NCBI GenBank assembly: GCA_900316505.1
Contig: ONDH01000005.1
Location: forward strand, 48,053-112,052
Direction of reading: 5' to 3'
Length of the DNA stretch: 64,000 nucleotides
Origin: an uncultured Prevotellaceae bacterium
GTDB lineage: Bacteria; Bacteroidota; Bacteroidia; Bacteroidales; Bacteroidaceae
Shown here: piece by piece, positions 63,501-64,000 of the stretch
Position numbering within the stretch: the first letter of the stretch is position 1
Layout of the letters: each line of letters opens with the position of its first letter
Program-made: the position numbers and the translations under genes
The notes under the pieces: model-generated
The model's database searches: none
Told to the model about the DNA's origin: nothing
Seen by the model: the letters and a program-made list of their open reading frames with translations, nothing else

Positions 63501-64000
63501 CCTTGATGTGTTAGTACGTTACGGAAATAGTTTTCAGCAAGACAAGTATAAAGCACAGACTTCCCTTTTTGGAGGAATGGACATAACTGTCACACATCCC
63601 GCCCTTCCCAAGAACGTACCTGCATGGGGTAATTTGGAACGTCTGAACAAAGAACGTGAACTGGTGGGCATTTATCTCTCTGCACACCCACTCGACGAAT
63701 ACTCCATCATCCTCGATTATGTGTGCAACACAAAACTCACCCAATTGGAGAAGAAGGAGGAACTTGCCAAAATGGAAGAGGTGACGATTGGTGGTATCGT
63801 CACAGCTGTGAGGACTGGAGAGAGCAAGAATGGTAATCCGTATGGAATCGTCAAGATGGAAGATTTTGCAGGCAGTGGTGAAATTCCCCTTTTCGGTTCT
63901 GATTGGATGACTTACCGTAACTTCTTCATCGAAGGAACCTCTCTCTTCATCCGTCTCAAGGTCGAACCCCACAAGTACCGCCCCGGCATCTTTAACACCA
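60574..64000 (+). CDS. dnaE: DNA polymerase III subunit alpha, 5' part (open at the window end, absent from the ORF track)
   Basis: The frame from the ATG at 60574 gives MEDFIHLHVHTQYSILDGQAAIPKLVDKAIKNGMRGMAVTDHGNMFG... (PHP domain). The same frame stays open to position 64000 and includes ...GFPGYFLIVQDF... and LPDIDTDF. Confidence 0.92.
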   Translation, partial: MEDFIHLHVHTQYSILDGQAAIPKLVDKAIKNGMRGMAVTDHGNMFGIKELFNYCNKVNKGKSDEEKFKPIFGCEVYCARRDLHSKENNALDKSGWHLILLAKNEVGYHNLIKIVSEAWVDGYYHRPRTDHKSIEKHHEGIIASSACLAGEIPRYIKNGQIDEAEKSIEWFKSVFGDDFYIELMRHEVKDPMQRANRDTFKEQKAIEPTLIELARKHNVKIICTNDSHFVDEDNAEAHDRLLCLSTGKDLDDPNRMLYSKQEWFKTREEMNEVFKDIPEALSNTIEILNKVETYNIDHAPIMPFFAIPEEFGTEEEWRKKFTEEDIFNEFTRDENGNVVLTPEEAEKKIKKLGGIDKLYRIKFEADYLKKITYDGAKRLYGDPIPDDVKTLLDFELHVMKTMGFPGYFLIVQDFINSAQKELGVWVGPGRGSAAGSAVAYCLGITKIDPIKYDLLFERFLNPDRISLPDIDTDFDDDGRGKVLQWVTEKYGAEKVAHIITYGTMATKLAIKDVARVQKVPLATVNALCKAIPDRLPNGKKMNLANAIECVPELKDAATSPDPLLRDTMRFAQMLENNVRNTGVHACGTIICRDAIDDWVPVSTADDKETGEKLRCTQYDGHVIEETGLIKMDFLGLKTLSQLKEAAANVKESLGIDLDVNQFDIQDPATYQLYCDGRTVGTFQFESAGMQKYLRELQPNVFEDLIAMNALYRPGPMDYIPDFIERKQGRKPIEYDIPCMEKYLKDTYGITVYQEQVMLLSRQLADFTRGESDALRKAMGKKKKDIVDAMKPKFIEGGVKNGHDPKILDKIWSDWEKFASYAFNKSHATCYSWVAYQTAYMKANFPPYFMAAVMSRSLDNITEIRKLMDECKQMGINTLGPDVNESRHKFSVNSKGDIRFGMAAIKGVGEAAVSAIIEEREKNGAYTSIFDFVERVNLSQCNKKNIENLVIAGAFDSFQNISRESFFAPCSRQGETFLDVLVRYGNSFQQDKYKAQTSLFGGMDITVTHPALPKNVPAWGNLERLNKERELVGIYLSAHPLDEYSIILDYVCNTKLTQLEKKEELAKMEEVTIGGIVTAVRTGESKNGNPYGIVKMEDFAGSGEIPLFGSDWMTYRNFFIEGTSLFIRLKVEPHKYRPGIFNT

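Overview
This is a 64-kb chromosomal segment that looks like a Bacteroidota (Bacteroidales/Prevotella-like) genome. That placement is an inference from three things: a porP-porK-porL-porM-porN type IX secretion operon, TAnnTTTG -7 promoter boxes in front of many genes, and HU_HIG-type HU-like genes. Most of the window is housekeeping. It holds the start of the dcw cluster (mraZ-rsmH-ftsL-ftsI-murE, minus strand), priA, an etfB-etfA-acyl-CoA dehydrogenase operon, azlCD, and an MBOAT/SGNH/SGNH/7TM-HD cluster. It also holds thrA-(iPGM-like)-thrC, the T9SS core operon, ompA-family genes, cysS, tatAC, coaX, DUF2207-lemA, ispG, purE, rpoN and the 5' part of dnaE. I recognised no rRNA, tRNA, CRISPR array, integrase or transposase. 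The main accessory region is an AT-richer island at about 29.7-35.3 kb with five minus-strand genes: a Bro-N::Fic fusion, an orphan 250-aa protein, a GIY-YIG/T5orf172 protein, a DinD homologue and a Fic-wHTH protein. Three of these genes are driven by near-identical copies of one promoter cassette, and remnants of gene ends show recombinational mosaicism. The island is followed by a 5 x 23-bp iteron-like array and by two HU-like genes, the second of which reads without a stop codon into a secreted GH30/T9SS-CTD glycosidase. Other points of interest are a diverged duplication of the acyl-CoA dehydrogenase 3' end and terminator bracketing a single AAA-ATPase gene, and a putative MraZ operator. 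A window-wide family of hairpin elements has arms built from 7-9-nt tandem repeats. Several copies lie in frame inside coding genes (the MBOAT gene, thrA and the gldN signal peptide). All functional calls come from reading the translated ORFs. No database search was run.
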